A program made the translations under genes and the position numbers. This document shows positions 40,237 to 49,445 of a stretch of 64,000 nt of DNA, piece after piece (position 1 is the stretch's first letter; each line of letters begins with the position of its first letter). A model generated the notes under the pieces. That model had not been told where the DNA came from, did no database searches, and saw nothing but the letters and a program-made list of their open reading frames with translations. The DNA is from Sulfurimonadaceae bacterium (GTDB taxonomy: Bacteria; Campylobacterota; Campylobacteria; Campylobacterales; Sulfurimonadaceae), in contig JBFFUI010000003.1 of NCBI GenBank assembly GCA_041571435.1, positions 1 through 64,000 on the forward strand. Direction: 5' to 3'.

Positions 40237-40608
40237 ATGAGCAATAATAACGAGCCGATACGTGTCAAGAGCAATCTAGCCGCATCAAAAAGTTTTCAGC
40301 AACGTAACAATAAGAAACGCAACAGTAACTCTTTTGCCCAAAAAGAGGTCGACATCAAGGCCTATATCATTGCCCCTGAGGGGTATGAGTTCTTTATGTT
40401 CACCATCTATTTTATCACTATCCCCTACCTGGCCGGTTTGACATTTTTATACCTGTTTGTCGCCAAAGCCAGCTTCAGCCACTTTCTTAACTTCAAGATC
40501 AGCTCGTTTTTTGTGATCTGGGCGATCGGCTATGAGATCCTGGCCGTCTTGATATTGGCCGTGATCGCCTACGCCTTTGTCAAATCCTTTAAAAAATCAG
40601 TAGTATAA
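40237..40608 (+). CDS. hypothetical membrane protein
   Basis: Basic N-terminus followed by two hydrophobic segments. Confidence 0.7.
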   Translation: MSNNNEPIRVKSNLAASKSFQQRNNKKRNSNSFAQKEVDIKAYIIAPEGYEFFMFTIYFITIPYLAGLTFLYLFVAKASFSHFLNFKISSFFVIWAIGYEILAVLILAVIAYAFVKSFKKSVV

Positions 40609-40614
40609 AGATCC

Positions 40615-41901
40615 CTACTTTTTGATCGGTTCAAAGATGAATCGGTTTACACCATCGATATATTCGTACGCCAACGCCATATTATGCGCGTGCAAAATAG
40701 CATCTACGAGATAAAGCCCGAGGCCGAAACTGTCCCTTGAGTTTTCATCTTTTGTAAATGGCTGTACATAGTACGCGAGTGGGTGTTTGAGACGTTCGCC
40801 TCGGCTTTCAAACCATATCTCACCCTCATGTGTCGAGATACTCAGATGTCGATCCGACGAATATTTCATCGCGTTGTCAACCATGTTCTTGATGGCGGTT
40901 GAGAAGAGGTTGAAGTCGGCCATCACCTTGATTTTCGCATCCACGTTCTGGCTGACACTCTCCCTTTCCACCATCGCAAGATCGATCGCACCGTCAATAA
41001 GATCGATCAATCGATATTCTTCGTTCTGTGCATGGCTAAAGCCGGTTGAGACCTCTTCCACGAGAGCAAACTCGTTGATTAGACTCTCCATTCGCAGGAA
41101 GATCCGGCTAAAGCGCTCTTTTTGTTTGCCGCTTTCAAGCATCTCTGCGGAGATCCGCCCTTTGGCTATCGGAGTCTTGAGTTCATGCATGATGTTGCGC
41201 ATAAAGAGTGTACGCGATTCGATCAGCGAGCGGATCTTCTGACGGGTGTTTTCGAGTTCGTTCGCAATGACTGCGATCTCATCTTCACCGCGCATCTTGA
41301 ACGACGTCTGCATTTCACCCGCACCAAAATCACGGATCTTCTTTCGCAGTTTTTGGAGCGGTCTCAGCCGCATCAGGATCAAGATATATGAGATCGTGAT
41401 ACTGGAGACAATGACCAGGTAGGCATAGAGCATATTCCAGTCCCGATAGGGCTTGATCTTCTCGTCGAGAAGAAGCACACCGCGGTTTGGACCCTGAAGT
41501 AAGAAGTAGATAAACCCTTTATGCTGCAGCATGGAGATTCGGATTTCAACGACACTTTGAGGATTAAAGCGGGGACGGAGCTGAAAAGGTGTTTCATCAT
41601 CCATCGCCTGGAAATTTTCACTCTTTAATACCTTTGCCTCATTTGTGATCTTTTTGGCCGCCGTCATATCCTCAATGGTATAGAGGCTGTACAGTGCCAG
41701 GTTGGCTTCGAGCATTGTCGCAGAGGTGCGGGCCTGCATATGCTCGCGATAGATCCGGCTGATGACGGTGTATTTCAAAAAGGTGTTGTTGATGTACTGT
41801 TCGCGGTTAAGTTTATAAAACTCAAAAAAGATATAGCTGACGCTGAACAGGGTAACCGCAAAGGCAAAAAGAACCGTTAGGAGAACAGCATGACGACCCA
41901 T
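40615..41901 (-). CDS. sensor histidine kinase (ArsS/RacS-like)
   Basis: Two TM, HAMP (GEDEIA), MHELKTPI.KG, NMVDNAMKY, SFGLGLY. Confidence 0.92.
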   Translation of the reverse strand: MGRHAVLLTVLFAFAVTLFSVSYIFFEFYKLNREQYINNTFLKYTVISRIYREHMQARTSATMLEANLALYSLYTIEDMTAAKKITNEAKVLKSENFQAMDDETPFQLRPRFNPQSVVEIRISMLQHKGFIYFLLQGPNRGVLLLDEKIKPYRDWNMLYAYLVIVSSITISYILILMRLRPLQKLRKKIRDFGAGEMQTSFKMRGEDEIAVIANELENTRQKIRSLIESRTLFMRNIMHELKTPIAKGRISAEMLESGKQKERFSRIFLRMESLINEFALVEEVSTGFSHAQNEEYRLIDLIDGAIDLAMVERESVSQNVDAKIKVMADFNLFSTAIKNMVDNAMKYSSDRHLSISTHEGEIWFESRGERLKHPLAYYVQPFTKDENSRDSFGLGLYLVDAILHAHNMALAYEYIDGVNRFIFEPIKK

Positions 41902-41911
41902 TGTCTCAATA

Positions 41912-42586
41912 CTATTTTATAAGTTTGTAACCGATGCCGCGCACCGACTCGATCAGAGACTTGTCTCCCAGTTTGGTACGGATACGTCCCACCATCACAT
42001 CGATACTTTTGTTCGAGGAGTCCTCATTGATCGCGGACACATTATGTATAATATCTTCGCGTGAGACGACCATCCCCTCTTTTTTGATCATATAGGCCAA
42101 AATACCGTACTCTGCATTGGTCAGATCAAGCGGACGGTTCTTGTACGAGATCTGCATCGCCGCTTCATCAAGTTTGAAATCGCTGCTGCTCTGCTGCGCC
42201 ACCTCTGCCGCTTTGGCTTCATAGCGGCGGAGCACCGAATAGATACGCGCCTCAAGTTCACGCGGGTCATACGGTTTCGGCAGGTAGTCATCTGCGCCAA
42301 GCTCCAGCGCCGTCACCTTGTCCGTCACGTCAGAGCGTGCCGATGAGATGATAATAGGGATATTCTGGCGTTTGCGGATCTCTTCACACACTTCGAGCCC
42401 GTCCATGCCCGGGAGGGTCAGATCCAGGATCACCAGGTCAAACTCTTTGAGTTTTAAAATACTCAGGGCCTTGAACGGATCATCTTCTGTTTCAACGACG
42501 ATCTGTTCCTGTTTCAACTGCTCTAAAAATTCGGTGAGAATCTCTGCTAATTCGAGATCATCTTCTATCATTAATATTTTTATCAT
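41912..42586 (-). CDS. OmpR-family response regulator
   Basis: MIEDD, LDLTLPGMDG, SARSD, GADDYLPKP, SVRGIGYK. Confidence 0.95.
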   Translation of the reverse strand: MIKILMIEDDLELAEILTEFLEQLKQEQIVVETEDDPFKALSILKLKEFDLVILDLTLPGMDGLEVCEEIRKRQNIPIIISSARSDVTDKVTALELGADDYLPKPYDPRELEARIYSVLRRYEAKAAEVAQQSSSDFKLDEAAMQISYKNRPLDLTNAEYGILAYMIKKEGMVVSREDIIHNVSAINEDSSNKSIDVMVGRIRTKLGDKSLIESVRGIGYKLIK

Positions 42587-42652
42587 GCAACGATTTTAAC
42601 TCAATATGTCTAACAATTAGATAACCTCTACAATTCGCTGTATAATCCACCT

Positions 42653-43024
42653 ATGCAATTTGATTTAGATATAGAGTCTGACCAAAACAGGCTGTTTAAA
42701 CACCTGCGATCCATTATCCTTTCGTTTGAGACAATCAAAGAGAAGAAGAATCCCAAGCAGACCACGTATTATGACAGCCGCAGTGCCGTCTGTATGCTGC
42801 GGGTGCGGCAGGGAAAGGTCCGGCTCAGTTTTGCCAATGGATCTTCTCTGTGCAGAGAGTTTCATGAACTGCAAGGGAGCGCAAAAATCGTCCGCTATCT
42901 CGAATTTGAAGCCGTAGAGGATGTCGATGTTGCACGGATAAAAGAGATGTTAGAAGAGTCGATGCTGTTAAATATCGAAAAAGAGGCTGTCAGAGAGCTG
43001 CGCAAGAGCGCAACTGCTAGATGA
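42653..43024 (+). CDS. DUF1801-like protein
   Basis: LR.II......E, V.LSF.NG..L......L.G..K.VRY pattern. Confidence 0.6.
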   Translation: MQFDLDIESDQNRLFKHLRSIILSFETIKEKKNPKQTTYYDSRSAVCMLRVRQGKVRLSFANGSSLCREFHELQGSAKIVRYLEFEAVEDVDVARIKEMLEESMLLNIEKEAVRELRKSATAR

Positions 43025-45158
43025 CCAGTAACGTCACCCTGTAGGCAATAAACGAAAGCACGTACGCCGTCACCGTCGTAAAGATAAAGAGATAGATAAA
43101 ATACTTGATGCCGCCCGCTTCGCGCGTAAAGACGATCGATGCCGCCAGACACGGCAGATAGATCATGACAAAGACGATAAAGGCAACCGCCGAAGCGAAG
43201 GGGATGTTCTTGCTGATGGCAGTGATGAGCGACTTGTCCGATACATCAATATCGTCACCTATGGCGTAGAGAACACCCAGTGTCGAGACCACGACCTCTT
43301 TGGCAGCCAGACCGGTCTGCAGCGCCACCGTCATCTTCCAGTCAAAACCGAGCGGCTCGAATGCCGGCTCCATAAACTTACCGATGCGGCCAAGGTAACT
43401 CAAGGCCAACTGCTCTTCTAAAAGCTTGTTATGCAGTGCCGACTTCGCCGCTGCACTCTCCGCCCTTTCGATCTTGTTGGCGTAGGATGTGACCACTTCA
43501 TCGTTATGCGGATAGGTGCTTAAAAACCAGACCAGGACCGTGGCCGCCGCAATGAACGTACCCGCTTTTTTGAGGTACATCCAGGTCTTTGTCACTACCG
43601 TATGCCAGATGAGTTTCAGTGACGGCAGACGATACTTGGGCATCTCCATCACAAACGGCTCATCCACCCCCTTGAAAGCGGTCATTTTCAAGATCTTTGC
43701 CGCAATCAGACCGATGACCGCACCGCTGATATAGATAGCAAAAAGGATGTTGCCTGCCGCGCTCTCAGCGAAAAAGGCCCCTGCAAAAAGGACATAGACC
43801 GGCAACCTTGCCCCACAGCTCATAAAGCCGATGATGAAAAGCGTCAACAGACGGTCACGGTCGTTTTTCAGGATACGCGCCGACATATACGCCGGAATAG
43901 AGCATCCAAACCCCGTTACCAGCGGGATAAACGACTGCCCGTGAAGACCGAACTTATGGAAAAAGCCATCAAGCAAAAAAGCAACGCGCGACATATATCC
44001 TGTTGCTTCCAACAGTGCGATCCCGATAAAGAGTATGACGATGTTCGGTACAAACATGACAACAGCGCCCACACCGGCGATAAGACCGTCGACAATCAGC
44101 GAGCGTGTCGATTCATGCGTAATCGTGTTGCCGACAACTCCGCCAAACCATCCGAAAAAGGCATCGATCCAATCCATCGGGATAGAACCGAGTTCAAAGG
44201 TAAGCTGAAAAAGCGACCACATAAAGAAGAGAAAGATCGGGATACCGAACAGCGGATGGATCAGTACGTTATCAATACGCTCTGTCATCGTCTGCTTTTT
44301 GATCGTCAGGTTTTTCTCATTCACCACTTCTGTGATGATACCGCGGTTGAACGCAGCATACTCTTCAGCAAATATCTCTTTGATATCTTCACTGTCGTGG
44401 TGCAATTCAATGTGTTTGTCCGCTTCGATCAACATTGGCTGCAGCTCGGTCCACAGCGGATTGTCATGCAGGACACGATAGGTTTTTTTCTCATTTTGCA
44501 GCAGATTGACCGCGATGTTTCGGTTGGAGATAGTCGCCTTGAAGCGGTGACGGTCAAGATACTCCTGTATGTTTGCGATCTCCTCCTCAACAGCTTCCGA
44601 AAAGATAAGCTTCGGCTCGACCAAAGGCGCCTCATGCACCTCTATGACTGCATCGATCAGCGCATCAAGACCGAGTTTCGAGACCGCAGAAACGGAGATC
44701 GCCGGCAGATCCAAAAGCTGTGACAGGTAGGGTGCATCGATCTCGATCCCCTCTTTTACAGCTTCATCACTCATGTTGAGCGCAAGGACCATCTTCTTGC
44801 TCATGGTCATCAGCTCTGCGGTCAGTTGCAGGTTCTTTTCCAGGTTCGTCGAATCGACTACGTTGATAATAAGGTCATACTCTTCATTGCAAAGGAAGTC
44901 ATGAGTCACCCGTTCTTCGATGGTATAATTGGTAAACGCATACGTCCCGGGTAGATCGACCACGGTAAAATGATACCCTTTATAGTCGAAAAGGACTTCC
45001 GTCTTTTCAACCGTTACACCGGTAAAGTTACCGACGTGGAGATGCGCATTGGAGATGGAGTTGATCAGCATGCTCTTGCCCACATTGGGCTGACCGACAA
45101 GAGCGATTTTGATATGATTGGCTATGACCGGACAGGCAGGACCTTTATTGTGCTGCAT
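43017..45158 (-). CDS. feoB: ferrous iron transporter B
   Basis: GQPNVGKS, GNFTGVTVE, DLPG, NMSD; GFGCSIPA, MSCGARLP, YLPC. Confidence 0.97.
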   Translation of the reverse strand: MQHNKGPACPVIANHIKIALVGQPNVGKSMLINSISNAHLHVGNFTGVTVEKTEVLFDYKGYHFTVVDLPGTYAFTNYTIEERVTHDFLCNEEYDLIINVVDSTNLEKNLQLTAELMTMSKKMVLALNMSDEAVKEGIEIDAPYLSQLLDLPAISVSAVSKLGLDALIDAVIEVHEAPLVEPKLIFSEAVEEEIANIQEYLDRHRFKATISNRNIAVNLLQNEKKTYRVLHDNPLWTELQPMLIEADKHIELHHDSEDIKEIFAEEYAAFNRGIITEVVNEKNLTIKKQTMTERIDNVLIHPLFGIPIFLFFMWSLFQLTFELGSIPMDWIDAFFGWFGGVVGNTITHESTRSLIVDGLIAGVGAVVMFVPNIVILFIGIALLEATGYMSRVAFLLDGFFHKFGLHGQSFIPLVTGFGCSIPAYMSARILKNDRDRLLTLFIIGFMSCGARLPVYVLFAGAFFAESAAGNILFAIYISGAVIGLIAAKILKMTAFKGVDEPFVMEMPKYRLPSLKLIWHTVVTKTWMYLKKAGTFIAAATVLVWFLSTYPHNDEVVTSYANKIERAESAAAKSALHNKLLEEQLALSYLGRIGKFMEPAFEPLGFDWKMTVALQTGLAAKEVVVSTLGVLYAIGDDIDVSDKSLITAISKNIPFASAVAFIVFVMIYLPCLAASIVFTREAGGIKYFIYLFIFTTVTAYVLSFIAYRVTLLVI

Positions 45159-45387
45159 TCTCTACCTCGATCAGATCCGCCTCTTCTTTGCGAAGGGCCA
45201 AACGCATCTTGCCCACCTTGACCTCAACAGTACTTTTACGCGCTGAATATTCCAGCATCGTAACGGTCGCCCCTTTCATAATGCCGAAAGAGACCAATCG
45301 CTGTTTTAACGGACCGCTTGCATGAAGCTTCGTAATCGTCGTCTCACACCCTTTCGGGCAATTTGTCAATATGTTCATTGTAATCAT
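45145..45387 (-). CDS. feoA: FeoA family protein
   Basis: LKQRL.SFGI..G..V, LALRKEEA..I.V; directly upstream of feoB. Confidence 0.92.
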   Translation of the reverse strand: MITMNILTNCPKGCETTITKLHASGPLKQRLVSFGIMKGATVTMLEYSARKSTVEVKVGKMRLALRKEEADLIEVENAAQ

Positions 45388-45401
45388 TTATTTAATTTCC
45401 C

Positions 45402-45455
45402 GTAATGATAATAAAAATCAAGTTAATATCGGTTAAAAATGATAATCTAATCGCA
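45402..45455. promoter_or_regulatory. Fur-box-like sites upstream of feoA
   Basis: TAATGATAATAAAAATCA and AAATGATAATCTAATCGCA resemble the Fur consensus GATAATGATAATCATTATC. Confidence 0.6.
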
Positions 45456-45682
45456 TAATCAAGCGTTCTAAGTCACGCCGTTCATGATTATCTGCACTGC
45501 CTCAGCCGATGGGACAAAAGATCGTCTCAAAACACCAGCTGTCAGGATTATTTTTATATCGATGCACCCTTTTGGATCAAACATCATCAACATGCACATT
45601 ATCGAAAAATCTGCACTTTTATCTTTCTTCTTTTCTCTATCAGCTTTTTGCTATAATACCGCTCTCAAACATAAGGATCTAA

Positions 45683-46240
45683 ATGAACTTTCTCTACCGT
45701 GCTGACAATCATTTTAACTTAGCCAACATGTTCACTTTCGGCAATCTTACAAGCGGTTTAATCGCGATGTACCTTGCGACACAGGGCAATTATGTCTGGG
45801 CAGTTGTCTTTTTATGGATCGGCGGCGGCTTTGACATCTTTGACGGTAAGATGGCACGAAAATACGGTCTCTCCAATGAATTCGGTATTCAGCTTGACTC
45901 CTATGCTGACTTTCTGTCATTCGTTTTGACCCCCGTCTTTATTATCTTCATCTCGATTATCAACCAGCCGGATGTCTCGTCATTCTCATTTGCACTGGGT
46001 GTTGCGATCTCGCTCTACTACATCATAAGCGGTCTTCGCCGTCTGATACAGTTCAACATAAACGCCGAGGAGGGAGAGGTCGAAGAGTACTTTACAGGAC
46101 TGCCGACACCGATGGGCGCTATCGTCTTATGGCTTATTTTTTTAGGCGGCCTCTATATTTACCCTGCTTTCATTACCGTTGCATTGATGGCGGTAACAGG
46201 CTGGCTGCTTAACTCAACAGTTAAGATCAAGCACCTTTAA
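45683..46240 (+). CDS. CDP-alcohol phosphatidyltransferase (PssA-like)
   Basis: DIFDGKMARK....NEFGIQLDSYADFLSF; FTGLP.P. Confidence 0.88.
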   Translation: MNFLYRADNHFNLANMFTFGNLTSGLIAMYLATQGNYVWAVVFLWIGGGFDIFDGKMARKYGLSNEFGIQLDSYADFLSFVLTPVFIIFISIINQPDVSSFSFALGVAISLYYIISGLRRLIQFNINAEEGEVEEYFTGLPTPMGAIVLWLIFLGGLYIYPAFITVALMAVTGWLLNSTVKIKHL

Positions 46241-46251
46241 GAGATAGACTT

Positions 46252-46270
46252 TTTCGCACTTACTGCGAAA
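46252..46270. terminator. hairpin after the phosphatidyltransferase gene
   Basis: TTTCGCA-CTTAC-TGCGAAA. Confidence 0.4.
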
Positions 46271-46307
46271 GCCGATACGCATCAACCACAACGCTATAGA
46301 CACTTCT

Positions 46308-46406
46308 ATGACCAAGCAAAACGACCTTATCTTCCTCGGAGACAGCCTTACCGCCTTTCCGACTGGTCGGTATCAGGTCTGCAAGTTTATAGTCAAGGAC
46401 GAATAG
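46308..46406 (+). pseudogene. truncated GDSL/SGNH hydrolase remnant
   Basis: MTKQNDLIFLGDSLTAF..., the block I GDSL motif, followed by a frameshifted DW and a stop after 32 codons. Confidence 0.55.
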
Positions 46407-46632
46407 TTTATAGATCATTAAAAAAAAGTTGTAAAAGTGAGTGCTATCAGCGCACTTCTGTATAGATAATTAGAGGACTTTACAGCTTTTTTACTTTATG
46501 GTTGTTCATCTGTCTATTCTAGCATTGTTGCATTACGTAAGGGTTACATTCATAAAGGGTATCGCTTGACAGGCATCGCAGATAACAGTAGCGTAAGATT
46601 GTATTTGTGGAGGTCTAGAATCTACTCACTCC

Positions 46633-48543
46633 CTATTTTGCGACTTGTTGTTCCTGCTCAATTTTTTCTATCATCTTTTTTGCGCTACGGTTCTGCGGGT
46701 CCAGGCTCAACACTTTCTTATATTCGCTTAACGCGATATCTCTCTTGTCTGCACGATAATACGATCGTGCATATGCCAGACGTGTTGTGATGTCCGAAGG
46801 GTTCTGTGCAAGAAGCTGCTCCAGAATCTCAATTGCCTTGTCATGTTTTTGCAGTGCACTGTAGGTTTTTGCCAGCGCCCGGTACGCTTTGTCATCTTCA
46901 GGTTCCAGTTCCACCGCTTTTTTAAGCGCATCACGGGACTGTTCATACTCTTTTTGCCGGTAATAGACCAGACCGATGTTGAACCATGCCTTGAAATAGC
47001 TGCTGTCTTCCTCGAGGATCTCTTCATAGAGCACCTGCGCCTTGTCATACTCTTTGAGCTTGGTGTAACACACCGCCAGATCAAGTTTGACGTGGACTGC
47101 ATCCGGCGTAAGTTGAAGCACTTTCAGATAGGCATCGACAGCCTGACGGTACTGCTCTTTATGCATGAACAGATCGGCAAGCTCTAGATACGCCTCACCA
47201 TAGTCCGGGTGAAGACGGATCGCCTGCTTTAAAAAACCTTCTGACTCCGCATAGGATGATTGCTGTAGCGACAGGACACCGAGGTTGTAGTATGTCTCAG
47301 AATTGTTTCGCTGCATCTTCAACGCTTTTTCATAGGCTAGTTTTGCATCTTTAAAACGCTCCATCTTGACATACAAAAGGCCCATTTTGTTCCATAATTC
47401 TGCACTGCCTTCGCCTGTAAGTGCCACGACAATGTTATAAGTATCGAGCGCTGCAGCATACGACTCCTGTCTGGAATAAAGATCACCGAGGTACTGATAG
47501 GCCTTGGCATTGGAAGCATCAATGGTCAAAATATTTTCAAGCGCAGCAATAGCTTCCTGGTTTTTTTTCAGGCGTATCAGCAGTTCTATCACTTCAAACT
47601 GAAGTTCAACATCATCAGGCTCATGCAACAGTGCCTGCTGCAGAGTCCGTAATGCTTTGGAAGCCTTGTTCTTGGCCAAATAAACTTTGGCTATAGCGCG
47701 ATATACCTCAATGTTTTCAGGTTCAAGATCGCGCATCACCTCCAACTCCTCCAAACGTTTTTGATATCCCTCTTCATCCTGAGGATACTTCAGTTCCAGC
47801 AGGGCCAAACGGGCGCCAACGTGATCAGGTTTCAGTCGGATCGCTGCCGTAAAAGCGGCGGCAGCTTCTTCCTTTTTCGGCGGCGAGACCAGAAGATAGC
47901 TTTCGCCCAGCATATAGAGCGCCTTGGCCTTGATATTTCCACCGCTCAGGCCGGCTGTACGTTCAAACTCTTCAGCTGCCGCATCGTACTCGTCATGTTT
48001 ATAATAAAGCAGCCCAAGGTTGAAATGGCTCTTTGCGTGGGCATCAAAAAAACGGATCACCTCTTTGTAATCTGCCACGGCTTTGTCATACGCATTCAAA
48101 GCGCTGTAAGCGATCGCCCGGTTATAACGGGCTTTATAATAGCGTGCGTTGATCTTCAGGGCATTGGAGAATGAAACAACGGCCTTGTCATATTTTTTTT
48201 GTTTGAGATAGAGCATTCCCAGCCAGTTGTGGATCTGCGCGGAAGGCTCCTTCACCAAAATACTGAAGTAAATGTTTTCCGCTTCCGTCAGCTTCCCCTT
48301 CGCTATCAGTGCCTCGGCCTGCGCAATACGGGGGTCATCACTGAAATCGACTTCGGCCACGTTATTCATATCATTTTTACTGTTCTCGTCTACAGAGGTC
48401 TGTGCCGTGATGTGAATATGGTGTGCCAATTCCGCATCCTGACTTGCACGGTACTGCACAAAAAGAAGCACCAGAAAAATAGCACTCAACAGCAAAATAA
48501 CGGGGATGATGCTCTCGGTGATCCTATGCGTACCTATTCGCAA
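46633..48543 (-). CDS. membrane-anchored multi-TPR protein
   Basis: One N-terminal TM (IIPVILLLSAIFLVLLFV) then many TPR units (NWLGMLY, YNRAIAY, FNLGLLY, YNLGVL, FNIGLVY). Confidence 0.9.
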   Translation of the reverse strand: MRIGTHRITESIIPVILLLSAIFLVLLFVQYRASQDAELAHHIHITAQTSVDENSKNDMNNVAEVDFSDDPRIAQAEALIAKGKLTEAENIYFSILVKEPSAQIHNWLGMLYLKQKKYDKAVVSFSNALKINARYYKARYNRAIAYSALNAYDKAVADYKEVIRFFDAHAKSHFNLGLLYYKHDEYDAAAEEFERTAGLSGGNIKAKALYMLGESYLLVSPPKKEEAAAAFTAAIRLKPDHVGARLALLELKYPQDEEGYQKRLEELEVMRDLEPENIEVYRAIAKVYLAKNKASKALRTLQQALLHEPDDVELQFEVIELLIRLKKNQEAIAALENILTIDASNAKAYQYLGDLYSRQESYAAALDTYNIVVALTGEGSAELWNKMGLLYVKMERFKDAKLAYEKALKMQRNNSETYYNLGVLSLQQSSYAESEGFLKQAIRLHPDYGEAYLELADLFMHKEQYRQAVDAYLKVLQLTPDAVHVKLDLAVCYTKLKEYDKAQVLYEEILEEDSSYFKAWFNIGLVYYRQKEYEQSRDALKKAVELEPEDDKAYRALAKTYSALQKHDKAIEILEQLLAQNPSDITTRLAYARSYYRADKRDIALSEYKKVLSLDPQNRSAKKMIEKIEQEQQVAK

Positions 48544-49445
48544 TCCGGGCTCCTTTTGTCAATGATCGAGAGAGGCTCGCGCATTCCCTCGCCGGCAATA
48601 TTCTGGATCTCTATACCCGGTCTGGCGTTTACTTCAAGTATGACCGGACCGCGCTCACTTAGGGCAATGTCGATGCCCAGGTAATCGAGAGGAATCACCT
48701 CTGCCGCCGCTTTACATAGCTCAAGCAGCTCCTCCCAAAAGGGGATCTTGACATTCAGGAGTACCACACCGGTATCGGGATGCGATGTTATATCCTCCCT
48801 TCCGATCCTTGCAGACGATGTATATCCCGTCGCCAAATCGATTGCCACACCGATACCGCCTTGATGGAGGTTCGCCCTCCCATCAGAGGCGATCGTCGCA
48901 ATACGCAACATCGCTTTTACGTTCTTGCCCCTGTAGTTGATCATCCTGACATCTGCCAGACCGTGCGGACTCAATGACGAGATACCCTGATCCTGCACGA
49001 TCTTCTCTTCAATAATGGCGGTATCGTTCATATCGAACGAATAGACGCCGAAGATGATGTCAGCAATATGTTTTTTGATATCTTCCAGGCTATAGATCTT
49101 GCCGCTGACGGAGATCCACTCCTCCTCTTTTCGCTCAGCGATGACGATAATCCCCTTACCGCCACTGCCCGAAGCGGGTTTGATCACAAAACTCTCCACC
49201 CCTTGCAGCGACGCTTCCAGTTGCGTCAGTTCATAGAAATAGCTGATGGTCAGGTAGGTTTTCGGTACCCGAAGGTTTGCTGCTTCCAGGGTCTTTTTTG
49301 TCAAGAGTTTGTTGTTGGCGAATTCAAAATAGCGGCGTTTGTTGCTCGGATAGATATATCCGAGATTGCGGCGATTCATCCCCAGCACCTTGTCGGCATG
49401 GCGCATATTGGCATTGAGCCGTGAAAAAAAGTGTCTGAACCACAT
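48534..49445 (-). CDS. alpha-L-glutamate ligase-like ATP-grasp protein
   Basis: VLGMNRRN..YI...N.R, NKL.TK, FVIKPA.GSGGKGI, D.R, SDGRANLHQGG, YLG.D, LEVNARPG..IQ; start at TAATG overlap. Confidence 0.9.
   Translation of the reverse strand: MWFRHFFSRLNANMRHADKVLGMNRRNLGYIYPSNKRRYFEFANNKLLTKKTLEAANLRVPKTYLTISYFYELTQLEASLQGVESFVIKPASGSGGKGIIVIAERKEEEWISVSGKIYSLEDIKKHIADIIFGVYSFDMNDTAIIEEKIVQDQGISSLSPHGLADVRMINYRGKNVKAMLRIATIASDGRANLHQGGIGVAIDLATGYTSSARIGREDITSHPDTGVVLLNVKIPFWEELLELCKAAAEVIPLDYLGIDIALSERGPVILEVNARPGIEIQNIAGEGMREPLSIIDKRSPDCE

Noticed and set aside
45484-45705. 73-aa ORF upstream of the phosphatidyltransferase
   Set aside because: Overlaps the promoter region (TATAAT) and start of the next gene; no RBS or motif.
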